DNA from: Octopus sinensis
Lineage: Eukaryota
Length of the DNA: 64,000 nucleotides
Direction: 5' to 3'
Assembly: GCF_006345805.1 (NCBI RefSeq)
Contig: NC_043005.1
Coordinates: forward strand, 32,302,001 to 32,366,000
Both the position numbers and the translations under genes were made by a program. This document shows positions 25,400 to 38,189 of the stretch, one piece after another (positions within the stretch are counted from its first letter, which is position 1; every line of letters starts with the position of its first letter). The notes under the pieces are model-generated. The model ran no database searches. It was given only the letters and a program-made list of their open reading frames with translations, and was not told the DNA's origin.

Positions 25400-27240
25400 T
25401 GGCTGCTTCTTCATTTTTTACTATAGCCATTGCCTGAAGCACTTCAAATTTGGCCTCAAGTGACTTGCACTCTTTGGCTCAAATGTTAAATACATGATTG
25501 CCTAAAACAACACAAGCCACTTGTTGGCTACCAAACACATTCATGTAACATTTCAAGACCCCAGCTGATAGGCAAACTTGATGGCATTCATGGCATGTTG
25601 TTATGCTGTGTATGGCACAATACATGTCAACTCTGTACATGACTTCTTTTGTGACTTTTCAGTCCTCTGCTGAAGCAAACTCTCCCATGTTCGTTGCATG
25701 TCAGCTCACTCTGGTCACCCACATCTCCTGGAAATATCACATCCACACTCTTTCTAGATCCTTTCTTCAAGCTATTTCAAATTTCTCACTTCTGTCATAT
25801 TCTGCTTTTCTCTATCTTGCCTGTTCAGTTGCAATCTCTTCTCATTCCTTTTCCAAGATGTTAGCTTTCTTCAACAATGTTTTTATGCAGTTCTTGAAAT
25901 TCAGCTTAGGTGTATGAGGTGAACACTTTCCAATACTCAGCTCACCATACAGGAATTGCTTTGGAGTCCTGCAGTCTTTCATTCTCATTAAGTGACCCTT
26001 TCGAGTCAGCATTGCAAAATGATTGTCTCAATACTTTGACAGTAACTTCTTTCAAGGACTCCACTATCACTTATATACATTTTCCAATGCAGGACCAAGA
26101 TATGATGTAGACACTGCTGGTGGGAGCACTTCAGTTGTTTCAAGTGTTTTTGGTAGGTTACTCACATCTCATAAGTGTACAACAGGGAGGGCAACCCACT
26201 TGTTATATAAATATTCACTTTAGTATTAATATAGATACCATGTTGATACCACATGCATTTTTCCAACTTTCTGAAAGCATCCCTAGCTTTGCTTATTCTT
26301 AGGGAGATTTCATTGTCAAGGGTACATGGTATACTAGGGGTGCTACTAAGATACACAAACCTATGAAGCTTCTGACCATACACTTGGATATCTGGTTCAA
26401 AGTATGGCACTCCTGGCCATAAGTCTTTTTAAGACTTATTGTGTAGTCTAGCACAGAAAAAGCACTGGAAAAAAAGAGTCTATATGTCACACGTCATCTT
26501 GAGTGTCAGCAAAGAGATCACAGTCATCTGCATAGAAAAAGTATCTTAGCAATGAGAACATGACTTTTGAATTTGCACTGAGGCATTTTATGCCAATAGT
26601 TTCCTAGACATACGAAACTTGACATATATTCCACATGGACACATGCTAAAAGCCATTACAAATACTATTGTAAAATGCAGTGAAAACAGTGTTAGTGCTG
26701 GAACATCACTTTGTTTGGCACCATTATTCATAGCAACAGGATCAGATACATTTCCACCAACATTCACCTAGGCCTTCATGTTGTCATGGAATTAGTAAAG
26801 AATTGTTACCAACTTATTTGGATGTCCAAGTTTCCTCAGTATCTTCCAAAGAGTTTCTCTGTTTACTGTGTCAAACAACTTTGTCAGGTCATCAAACACT
26901 TGAAATAGATCTTTCTTTGTTCAATACACTTTTTCTGAAGTTGCCTAGCTGAGAATATTATATCAATCTTATAGCTTTCTCTTCAAAAACCACACTGAGA
27001 TTCTGGAAGAACATAAACAATGTACAAAAGTAGTCTATTGAGCATAACTTTACACAATACCTTACCAACAACTGAAAGCAAAACTATCCCTCAGTAGTTG
27101 CCACAGTTGTCTTTTCGACCTTCTTCTTTATATAGTACAACCATAAGAGCATCTTTCCAGTTTTGTGGAACTATCTCATCATCCCAAATCTTCTATATCA
27201 AGGAGGTGAGTTCATGTATTAAATTTTGACTTCCACTCCT
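25400..27240 (-). mobile_element. RTE/BovB-type LINE RT remnant
   Basis: Minus translation gives VPQNWKDA, NC.NY.GIVLLSVVGKVL, LPESQCGF, FYADDC (26521-26540) and FVYLSS..LDNEISLRISKARDAFRKL..TKVNIY (ORF 26162-26410). Confidence 0.85.
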
Positions 27241-27299
27241 AACATTTTCCACATGCAGACCCTCCATACTAGAGGACTTTCTGTTGTTCAGTTTCTTAA

Positions 27300-27440
27300 C
27301 ATGCATGCATGCATGCATGCATACATACATACATACATACATACATACATACATACATACATACATACATACATACATACATACATACATACGTACGTAC
27401 GTACGTACGTACATACATACGTACGTACGTATGTATGTAT
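27300..27440. repeat. Compound (TGCA)(TACA)(TACG)n microsatellite
   Basis: Direct reading of the sequence. Confidence 0.95.
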
Positions 27441-28140
27441 GTGTTCCACCAGAAGTGATGAATCAGAAGACTCAATACCAGTATAGAGTATTCTTTAATA
27501 CATTATAACTAAAAGGCTCCAATTTCCAGTACTCAGAGTTACTTGTTTTTGATCATCAGTTGGTAATCTGAACCTGCTTTTCTTGTGTAATATTCACTGT
27601 TTGAATATCTTTTGGAATATGAAAGGAAAGTTTGAAGAAAATGCTTATCTTTATGTTCTTTTGTTAAAAAAATTGTGAATAACACAATAAAAAAATGGCT
27701 GCTTCAAGCTTACATTTTTCATTTTCTTTCTGGTTCTCATGGGAATATTTTCAAATGTCTAAGACTTAATAGGAGCCAAGTCACTTGAATAACTTTCCTT
27801 GTCAAATAGCATTGCTGTTTAAGTTATGTTTTAATGTGTGAGCATGTGTACATTTTTATGTGCCTGTGTAGACACATACATATGTATACTTATATGCACA
27901 TATATACATGCAATTATATATGTATGCATACAAATAAACACATGTACACATCCATGCACATACACATGTATTAAACATATTAACTTTGAAATTTTGAAAT
28001 CAATGATTTTTTGTGAACCAGGACAAAATTCAAAAAGCCTGGTATTTATTTATTAGATACTTAATCTCCTGCATACATGGCTCTAACAATTCCATTCTTT
28101 TATTCAAACTGTTATTGAAAATTTTAAAACTTTTGCTAGT

Positions 28141-28243
28141 CACAGGAGTGGCTGTTTGGAAAGTAGCTTGCTTACCAACTACATAGTTCTGGGTTCAGTC
28201 CCAATGTGTGGCATCTTGGGCAAGTGTCTCCTACTATAGCCTT
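28141..28243 (+). mobile_element. SINE family B head
   Basis: GGAGTGGCTG..GGGTTCAGTCCC..CTTGGGCAAGTGTCT. Confidence 0.75.
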
Positions 28244-28329
28244 TATTTGTTACTTCAGACTTAGAACTTGAAGGCCTCAGAGATGCAAACCAATCTGGAG
28301 CAGGAAGATCTAGGAGCGTCTTTCAAACA

Positions 28330-30995
28330 GTCAAAGATTTAGAAACATACTAATTAAAGAATTTGATGAGAAGGTTAAGATAGAGACATATGACATAGAG
28401 GACAACTACAAGTGCTAGTGAGACAATCTACAGAGGGCTACAGACCAAATTTGTGGCTGGTGCAAAATTCCAGTCAGGTAAAGAGTGATTGAGTAGCAGA
28501 ACAGGGAAGTAGACCGAGCAATATGAGTAAAGAAGTCAGGCTTGGAAGGTTTGGAAGAATGGTGGCAATCTGGTAGTTGGAAGAGAAGATAGGTGATAGG
28601 TCTATTTAGTAAGGGGAAAGGCAGAAAAGAAGAGATTTGACAATGTTTTACATCAGCGGTTCCCAACCTGGGGTCTGTGGACTCCTTGTGGCCCACAAAG
28701 GTAGTACTGGGTGTCCATGAACTACTAAATTCAAAATTTCATATATATACATATATATATATATATAAGGATATTCTCATTGTTAAAGGGTCCATGTGAA
28801 AACTCATTTAAATAAAAGGGTTGGGACCCATTGTTCTACATCATGTAGACCAAAGACATTAAGTATTCTTGATTGCAAAGAAGCGTATCATGTTGGAGAG
28901 AAGTGTGTATGGAAGAATAATTGCATGCTTGAACTTAGTGATTCTGAAGTGAAAGAGGCAGGGAAGTGCTATTATAAAAGGCTACTAAATGTAGAAAATA
29001 AATGGGAAACACAGAATCTTCTTAATGTGGATCTGACTGAGGGTCCAACCATTCTTGTTGACAGTAGTATTTCAGATAAAGCAATAAAGAATATGAAGAC
29101 AAGGAAAGCCCATGGTTCATCAAGAATTACCATTGAAATGGTTAAAATATCTGGCAGAATAGGATAGTCACCCTTATAGTTAATCAGGTTGTATAGGAAG
29201 GTATCATACCCAATGACTGATGTAACAGCATCATAGTAATCTGTTACAAAGGTGCTTTAGAGAGAAGTAATTATAAAGGAATCACATTCTGGAACAGGTT
29301 ATGAAAGTCACTGAAAAATTCATAGCCCAGTTATTTAGGACGTGAGTTAACTCACATGAAATGCAATGTGGTTTTGTGTCAGTCAGAAGCACTTCTGCTG
29401 CTCTTTTTATAGTTTAGCAACTACAGAAGAAGAATTTAATAAAAAGTAAACCTCTGCACTTAGTGTTGTTGACCTGGAGAAAGCCTTGAGAGGCATTCAA
29501 GTTATGTACAGGGTAGCTGTTAGAAAAGTGAGAGATAGCAATAAGTACAGTAATGAATTTAGTGTGCAAGTAGGTGTTCATCTGGGTTTAGTTAACAGTC
29601 CCCTCCTATCTATTATAATCCTCTTGGCCATAACAGGAATTTAAGATCAGTTGCCCATGGTACTTCCTCTATTTTGATGACCTTGTCCTTATCACTGAAA
29701 ATGTAGATGAATTAGAGTTAAAATTCCAAGAATAGAAACAAAACCTGAAATCAAAAAGTCTTCAAGTTAACTTAGCAGATACCAAAGTTCTAGTTAGTAG
29801 GGGAAACAGGCAAGATGCTGATCTCTTTGAGAAAATTACTGTTTTATATGTAGACAAGGCAGGTAGAAATTCCATGTGGAGTATTCAGTGCAGACTATGG
29901 ACATGTAATCACAGGAAGGTTAACAGAGAATGTACAGTAGAAGCACAGAGGAAACAGATGTTCTGGAATGCCCACAAGGCTCCCTAGAAGTAGTAGATAG
30001 CTTCTGTTATTTAGGTGACCAAATGAGCAGCGGAAGAGGATGAAGTATAGTTGCTAGAATAAGAACTGGTTGAAGAAAGTTCAGAGAATTCTACTTCTGT
30101 TGTTAACAAAAGGTCTCTCTCTTTCAGAGTGAAGGGCAGCTTACATGATGCAGAGAACATATAAAGACTTACAAAAAATGAAACTAGCATGCTTTGATGG
30201 ATGACAAAGTACAAATGTGTTGAGGGAAAAATTGGGCATATGAGGCAACATATATGGCGTGCAAGAAAGAAGACTGTGCTGGTGTGGTCATGTGATGTAG
30301 ATGAATGAGGATAGTTGTGCAAAAAGTACCAAATACTAAATGTGTAGTGAGCCCACGAAAGAAGGAGACCGAGGAAGATGTGGGCTGAAGTGGTGAAGAC
30401 TGACCTCAAGATGTTGAACCTCTCAGAGGAGATGACAGGGAACTGAAATGAATGGTGACATGTTGTGTGAGAAAATATGCCACTCCCACAACATACTTTC
30501 TAACTCTCATTCTGTGATACTCTACTTCCTTCAATTCCCCTCTGCTGAACTGATATTCTCTGTGTTCAACTCATTCCCTATCTCTAATCATGTCCCACTA
30601 CTCTCACGCAGTACACTTACCTACACAACCACATTTTCTGCTCTTCTATCCTATCCTTTCTTTCTCATATTCATGTTGTACCATGACTTTACATCTCTCT
30701 CTCTCTTTCTCCCTCTCTTGAGATGGACAAGCTATGTATTCACCTCTTCAGTAAGATACTTGCTCCTGTTCCTCTATCTAATTTCTTATCCCTCAATTGT
30801 ATACCTCATTCAGTTGAGGGGTTTTATCTTGCAGATACTTGGTGACCTCATTTGTGCTGGTGCCATGTAAAAAAACACCTGGTACACTTTGTAAAGTGGC
30901 TGGTGCTATGAAGGTCATCCAGCAGTAGAAACCATACCAAAGCAGACATTAGAACGTGGCACAGCCCTCTAGCTAATCTGTCTATGTTGAAGCAT
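28330..30995 (+). mobile_element. Old RTE LINE (RT to 3' UTR), interrupted by a MITE
   Basis: YYKRLLNVENKWE..EGP..KAIKNMKTRKA, VDLEKA, LYFDDLVL and FCYLGDQ; homologous to 44010-45320. CT-rich 3' UTR and tail at 30480-30995. Confidence 0.85.
28654..28833. mobile_element. hAT-type MITE inserted in the RTE
   Basis: TIRs CAGCGGTTCCCAACC / GGTTGGGACCCATTG; 8-bp TSD TTTTACAT / TTCTACAT. Removing it restores the RTE sequence. Confidence 0.85.
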
Positions 30996-31176
30996 CCAAA
31001 AAGGATAAATACTGATACACATACATACATACATACATGAACTGGCATTCTGTTGATTTTGAGGATAAGTGTTCCAGTTGATCTGATCAACAGACTAGCC
31101 TGCTTGTGAAATTAGAATGTATGTGATAATATTAACAATGAGAATATCTTTCTTCAAGTGTTTACATTCAAATTTT

Positions 31177-31219
<43 letters not shown>

Positions 31220-31227
31220 CCATGCTA

Positions 31228-31271
31228 CTCCAGACTGATGACGAGCAAAGTCTCAGAAACTGAAGAATGGA
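31228..31271 (+). ncRNA. Degenerate minimal hammerhead-like motif
   Basis: TCCAGA-CTGATGA-cGAG-caaagt-CTCa-GAAA-ctgaagaa-TGGA, next to (TA)n. Confidence 0.35.
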
Positions 31272-32336
31272 TAATAAGCGAAATGGCTCCATGTAGCAAG
31301 AAAAAAATAAAATGATATCAAAGGAGAGCTGCAGGGAGGAAGAAGATGGGTGGAGAGGGTGACTTGAGGAGGAGATTGGGTGAGGTACCCATTTGTGCAT
31401 ATATATATAGGGAGAATTCACAAAAAAAATTAAATACAGACACGCACACACACACACACACGTACATATGTATGTGTGTGTGTATGTGCATATATATTGC
31501 TTGTATAATCTGTTTTTTGATATCATAATAATGCAACTGAAGTATGTAGACAATGTATCAAATTAACATATTTCTCTTGAATGGCTTGTGGTTTTTAGTG
31601 GAGAAACATTTTTTATAAACACATTAAGCAACTTATTTTCCACTGAAGAGCCATCACAACAACTAGAGCTTGAAGTCACTCTTTCTTTCTAGTCAAACTG
31701 TTGTGTGATGCATTTTGTTCCTAGACATGAGCAGGTCTCAACAATTGTTGAAATTTTCTAAATGAGTCGAGACTATGATATTAAACAGCTATTAAGTTAT
31801 GTTGCATTCTATAGAAGGCTAGTGGAGGGCAAGTGTGACAACATTCTCTGGGAAACTCTAGACGTTGATGAAGATCAACTAACCGGCCTGTTTCAGAGAA
31901 CTTTTGGAGAAGATTGAAGCTATAATTGCAAGATAAACATATTTATCTCTGAACTGCTTATCACTACATAATTTAGAGAGGACAATAACAAACTTGAACG
32001 GAACAATGTCTGTTCACTTTTGACACTACTACTTCCACCACCACCACCACTGTTGCTGCCGCCAGCATCACCACCATCATCGCAGTTGCCACTGCCAGCT
32101 ACAGCACCAACAGTAGGCAGGAAGATTGTACTATTGGTACAATGGTGAACTAAATAGTCTGCAGTATATGAGTTTATATTGTTTGATGTTCCGAGATCAA
32201 ATCTCGAAATATTTCATTTTCGTTATTTTAATAAAACACGAAGTAACAAAGTGTTGGGTTCAATTTAATTATAACCCTAACTCCTCTTAAAAAAAAAAAA
32301 CCAAACCAAGAAATCATTATTATAGTTGTTGTTGTG

Positions 32337-32700
32337 GCCGATGACAGTACTGCCTGATTGGTACCCATGCCGGTGGCACATAAAAAGCACCATTCGAGCA
32401 TGGTCGATGCCAGTACTGCCTGACTGGTCCCGTGCTGGTGGCATGTAAAAAGCACCATCCAAGTGTGGCTGAAGCCAGTACTGTCTGACTGGCCCTTGTG
32501 CCGGTGGCATGTAAAAAGCAACCATTACACTCTTGGTGTGGTTGGTATTAGAAAGCTCGTCCAGCTGTAGAAACACTGCCAGATCAGACTGGAGCCTGGT
32601 GCAGCCTTCTGGCTCACCAGCCCTCAGTCAAACCGTCCAACCCATGCTAACATGGAAAGTGGACTTTAAACGATGATGATGATGATGAGGAGGAGGAGGA
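32337..32700 (+). mobile_element. RTE tail/SINE with three ~65-bp tandem modules
   Basis: Units start at ~32337, ~32403 and ~32468, followed by the standard tail and (GAT)n. Confidence 0.85.
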
Positions 32701-32787
32701 TTTCTGATTTTGTTATTGTTGTTTTTCAGTTTGTGTGTGTGTGTATGTGAATGTGTAAAAACAATGGATGTTGATAGTAATTTGTAT

Positions 32788-32812
32788 ACTGCTGCTGCTG
32801 CTGCTGCTGCTG

Positions 32813-32889
<77 letters not shown>

Positions 32890-32890
32890 A
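32788..32890. repeat. (CTG)n(CTA)n(CTG)n microsatellite
   Basis: Direct reading of the sequence. Confidence 0.95.
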
Positions 32891-33364
32891 TTTCTTTAGT
32901 TATGTATATACATGTGTTATTGTAACTATTGGTTTGTGTCAACATGCATATTCAAATATTCTTGATCTAAAAATCAAAATTCTACCCTTGTACCTAAACA
33001 GTATCAGTGCTTCACACACCTATCAGAATGTGTAATATGATTTTTCCCAAGTACATTTATGTACACGTTGATCATTTATATTATCAAAATTACTATAAAT
33101 GTAACAGGTTTAGAAATTATACACTTTTCTCTCTATAAATATTTCTATTTAAAATCATATTTTTTTCATGAGGTTATCATGTGGAAGATCCTGTTTTGTT
33201 TATGAACATTATTACAATTGAAAAACAAACAATCCAGATTCAAACTGAGACAGAGATTGGTTTCATTTTGAAACAAACTGAATGAAGCAAGCATAATGAT
33301 TGATGAAATGACCAACAAAGGCAGACTTTTGAAATGAACTACTGATGCTATTATTATTCTAACT

Positions 33365-33875
33365 TGTGGGTTAATGTTGAACGCCTGCTGTCACATGTAG
33401 GATGGATCTGGCTATTGACTGAGTTTGTTCTTTTGGCTGAGAAGGGCAGGCTGTCTTTCTTTGCCTGATAGCCTTAGTGAAAGAGGCTGTGTGGTGTACT
33501 AGATTGATAGGGCTGAAGACAGATACTTTCCTCTTTGGCCAAGCCCTCATCAACTTTTTCAAGTTTCACTTGAAAAGGAAAGTAAGGGTAGAAAGGGAAG
33601 TACTGCCTCCCAGCAATTTTGTTAAAAGGTGGGTTAATGGTGCAAGAATGGTCCAAGTGAATGAGCCTACTCTAAGCATACACTTCTAAGTTGAAGAAGG
33701 TCAATGTGAAGGGGGCACTTGTCTCCCTCTTTTGGGGAATTATTCATTGTTGTAATTTTATATTGTTACTGTATAATTTTTTACATGCCTTTTATGTAAC
33801 CTCATATTGTATTGTATTGTCCTGTACCATCCCCAATGCTTTTGTGAACCTTTAGTGGTTAATAAAGCAAACATT
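33365..33875 (+). mobile_element. Probable L1/Tx1-type LINE 3' end
   Basis: LIALVKEAVWCTR..FKFHLKRKVRVERE..FVKRW resembles a Tx1 ORF2 C-terminus; T-rich UTR and AATAAA at 33861. Confidence 0.55.
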
Positions 33876-33974
33876 ATTGTCATCTGTGATGCTTTTGCTC
33901 TGGCAGATGTTGTGGTGATACATTATCAAAAAAGTGAGCTATATCCAATGGCCAAAGGTACTTAGGGTCATTCC

Positions 33975-33998
33975 TTATTATCATTATTATTATTATTA

Positions 33999-34077
<79 letters not shown>

Positions 34078-34608
34078 TATGTTTGACTTTTGCTTTATGT
34101 TTGTACAAGTTGGCTCCAAGTCTCACCCAGAGACCTCAAGAGACAACAGGTTGGAAGTTCACGTTGTTGTTATGCCAAGTGTGCCATATATTTGGGGTTT
34201 TTTTTGGTGTTGTACTAGTGAATGTCTAATAAATTAAAAAAAATAAAAAATCATTATTATTATTATTATTATTATTAAGGCAGTGAGCTGGCAGAATTGG
34301 GAGTATGCTAGGCAAAATTCTTTGTGGTATTTTACCTGACTTTACATTTTGAGCTCAAATTCTGCCTTTTCATCCTTCCAAGGTCAATGAATTAAGTACC
34401 AGTCAAGTACTGGGGTTGATGTGATCGACTTACCCCCTCCCCACAAATTTCAGGCCGTCATTATGTTCTGAGTTCAAATTCCACCAAGATTGATTTTACC
34501 TTTCATTCTTTAGGGGTTGATGAAATAAGTACTAGTTACATATTGGGGTTGATGTAATCGACTAGTCTTTTCACCCCAAATTTCAGGCCTTGTGCATTAA
34601 TAGAAAGG

Positions 34609-34640
<32 letters not shown>
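33975..34640. repeat. (ATT)n tracts holding a minus-strand LINE 3' UTR stub (34077-34240) and two SINE A copies (34278-34612)
   Basis: Direct reading and match to the family A consensus. Confidence 0.75.
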
Positions 34641-34642
<2 letters not shown>

Positions 34643-35180
34643 TTCAGGCCCATCACTCTGCTTAATGCAGAGTTGAAGATTTTGGCCAAGATGTTAGCCA
34701 AGAGGTTGGCACTTGTTGTGGACAAGCTGGTTGGCGAGACGCAACTAGGACTATTCATGATAACCTTCATCTTATGCGCTACATCATAGAGAGGGTGGGT
34801 AACGAAGCTGGGTGAGTTAGGCTCTGATGAATTTAGATCAATCTAAATCCTTTGATAGGGTCGACCATCAATACGTGGCAGCAGTCTTCAAGGCAGCCAG
34901 TTTTGGTCCAGTTTTCTGTGGTTGGATCGCTGCTTTGTACAGCGGTATCTGCTCGGTTGTTTGGGGGAATGGTCACCTGTCAGAGCCATTCAGCATCTTG
35001 TGTTTGGTTCGTCAAGGATACCTTCTTTCCACCCTGTTGTATGTACTGACTCAAGAGCTGTTACAGTGGAAGTTGGAGGCTTTGAGGGGTGTCCCACATT
35101 ATCTAGGATGTGGGAGAAGTGTGTCTGCTTATACTGATGATGTCACCACCATAGTGTCTAGCTACAGACATATAGACCTG
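34643..35180 (+). mobile_element. L1/Tx1-clade RT fragment
   Basis: FRPITLLNAELKILAK, RTIHDNLHL, LDQSKSFDRVDH, VRQG..LSTLLYVL and AYTDDVT (ORF 34827-35270). Confidence 0.85.
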
Positions 35181-35269
35181 ATTATATTATTATTATTATT
35201 TATGCTATGCGCAAATGTTTGGCATTCAGAGTCAATGTCCTTGATACTGGGTCAGAACCAGTTTCCTTA

Positions 35270-35497
35270 GATATTGAAGCAGTGATGAGAGTGTATCACC
35301 TTGAAATATTCCTCTACTTCTGCTGACCTCACCTAAGTTGTCTTGACCTGATGTTAGCACAGTTCTCCAAATGACGCGCTGTTTTGTAAGAGATAGACAT
35401 TTTTAGCTATCCCAAATATGTTGAGGTATTCTAGGATCCATGAATATGGCACGCTATCATATGCCTATTGGTAATCAATCCATACAATTGCTAAGTA
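35270..35497 (-). mobile_element. Dong-type RT fragment
   Basis: Minus translation gives LAIVWIDYQ*AYDSVPYSWILEYLNIFGI and RGIFQGDTLS. Confidence 0.75.
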
Positions 35498-35892
35498 GAG
35501 GCTGGGAGAGGAGTCGTGGTGATGGACCTGGCCTACATAGATGACATCACGCTCTTGGGCTCTATCCGGGTAGATGTCCAGGATGCTCTCAAAAGGGTGC
35601 ATGCAGCAGCGGCAGCTGTTGATCTTCGGATCAATGCTAGCAAAACCAAAGTGATGACATCTCTGGTTGCAGCAGATGAATGGCAGCCAATCGTTCTCGA
35701 GGGTGTGGGGCTGGAGGATGTGGAGTCCTTTGTCTACCTGGGTTCAATGGTGATTCCAACGGGCCAGGGCGCAACTGAGGTCGAGCTTCGCAGAGGTGCT
35801 GCTGGATCTGCATTTGTGCACCTCCAGCGGTGCCTGTGGGACAGAAGAGAGATCTCCTCAGTGACCAAAAGGTGAATCTACCAGGCTGTCAT
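35498..35892 (+). mobile_element. RTE-clade RT fragment (GC-richer family)
   Basis: DLAYIDDITLL, LRINASKTKVM, VESFVYLGS and TK..IYQAV (ORF 35516-35875). Confidence 0.85.
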
Positions 35893-37110
35893 TCATACTG
35901 TCTTGAATTCCTCCGTTATTGCCTGGAGGACTATGATAAATAGAAGGGGGATGAGGACTGAACCTTGGTGGACCTTTACCTCTACTCTGAATTCTTTAGT
36001 GTACTCGTTGCTAACCCTCACCTTACTTACAGCGTCTCTGTACATGGCTTGCACAGCTCTCACTAACCATTCATCTATCCCTAGTTTCCTCCTTGACCAC
36101 CAGATAAGGGATCGGGGGACCCTGTCAAAGGCTTTCTCCATGTCAATGAAAGCCAGGTACAGGGGCTTATCTTTGGCTAGGTATTTCTCCTGCAGCTGTC
36201 TCACCAGAAATATGGCATCAGTGGTGCTTTTTCCTGGCACGAACCCAAACTGCATCTCATCCAAGCTGACTCTCTCCCTAATCAGTTGGGCTATGACCCT
36301 CTCCGTAATCTTCATTACCTGAACCAACAGCTTGATACCTCTGTAATTATTTGTATCTAAAGCATCACCTTTACCTTTGTAGCAGTTGACTATTATGCTG
36401 CTACACCAGTCATTGGGTATGACTTCTTCATGTATCACCTGGTTAACTATATGGGTGACTAGGCTATAGCCGACACTACCAGATATTTTGAGCATCTCTG
36501 CAGTAATTCCTGATGGGCCTGGGGCTTTCCCTGTCTTCATGCTTCTAATTGCCTTAACTACTAAGGAACTGTCAACTTGGATAGCTGGTTCCTCTGTTGG
36601 GTCAACATTCGGCAGACTCTCTTTATCCCATTCATTTTCCTTATTTAGCAGCCTCTCATAATGGTGTCTCCAAACCTCTCTTTGCATCCTCATTTAGCGC
36701 AAATGAGCCATCATCCATGCGAACACATTTCTCTCCTACCACATCATGATTCTCTCTCACACACTATCTTGCAACACGGAATACTTCAAGTCTTTGGTCC
36801 TCACGGCGTAGAACATTGGCAAATTTTTTCTTATCTGCTTCCCTTCTGGCTAAATAAACCCATCTCCTAGCTTCTTTTTTGGTGGTCTGATACAATTCCC
36901 TGCTACCACCATTTTCCCAGTCCTTCCAAGCCTGTCTCTTTTCTCTAATAGCCCTGTCTACAACATTGTTCCACCACCACCTTATCTTGGGTTGAGAGGG
37001 GACTTTACACCAGCCACAGATCTGGTCCATGGCTCTTAGCAGGTTGTCCCTTAGAAACCTCCAGTTGTCTTCTACCTCATGTGAAGCTACCCCTTCTACT
37101 CCGTCAAAGG
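35893..37110 (-). mobile_element. Young RTE LINE fragment
   Basis: ORF 35893-36693 contains GKAPGPSG, NYRGIKLL, QFGFVPGKSTTDAIF, AFIDMEKAFDRVPR and VHQGSVL.PLLFI. Confidence 0.93.
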
Positions 37111-37455
37111 CTATATATATATATATGTATATGTATATATATATTGAAAATAATTGAAAAATAGAGTCAACAAGAAGGAGTATGGTTAGACAGCTATTTA
37201 ATAAACAAAACACGTTATGATACAGCATAGATTCACATATATAAAGGGTGCACGAGCTCTATTTGTACTCTACTATATTCATAAAGGAATACACCTTATA
37301 TATATATATATATACACATACACATTCATTTTATTCTTTTGTTCTAGTCCATTTTTCCACTATTGCCCTAAATCTGTATATATGTTGAACGATAATATTT
37401 TAAAAACATTTTAATATTTAATTTCATATCGTGTTCAATATTGAATTTCATATAG

Positions 37456-37500
<45 letters not shown>

Positions 37501-37709
37501 ATAAAGTAAATATAATTTATGTAGTTTTATTCTGAGTAAAATGCCAGTATCTTTTAGAGCAAAATATTTGAAGGCTGTTCACATGCTTTACTCCCTCTGA
37601 CTCTCACTCCCATTCTGTTTGTTGTTTTACTCTTCTTTCCTACAAGCGTGACTGAGAGGACACACATTGTGTTTTATTATATGTAAGAAGATTATTATAA
37701 TAATAAACA

Positions 37710-37925
37710 GTTTGAGTGGTAGAATTCTTAGTGCATTGGGCGCAATGCTTAGTGAATTTTTTCCAGTTCTTTATGTTCTGAATTCAAATCTTATGAAGGT
37801 TGACTTTGTCTTTCCTTTCAGGGTAAATTAAAATAAAACATCAGTCAAGTAGTGGAGTTGATGCAATTGACTAATCCTACCCTCCCTTATAATTGTCAGC
37901 CTTGCACCTGAATCAGAAATCATTA
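37710..37925 (+). mobile_element. SINE family A (old)
   Basis: Match to the family A consensus. Confidence 0.7.
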
Positions 37926-38189
37926 TTGCTTGTCACATACAAGATTTCTCTAGTAAGTGGACAGCTCGCATCCAGGACACAACTTTTAGAATTAAGAAGT
38001 AATTTACTACTATATACATTTACATGTGTATCAATACTTAGACTGAGATACACTTATATATTTGTGTGTACATATATATTTTTGCGAGTGTACAGTTATA
38101 TTTATAGATGTGGATACAATGCAAACAAAAATATATATGCATGTATGTGTATGAACATGTGTATGTATAATATTAACATTGTGATCATA

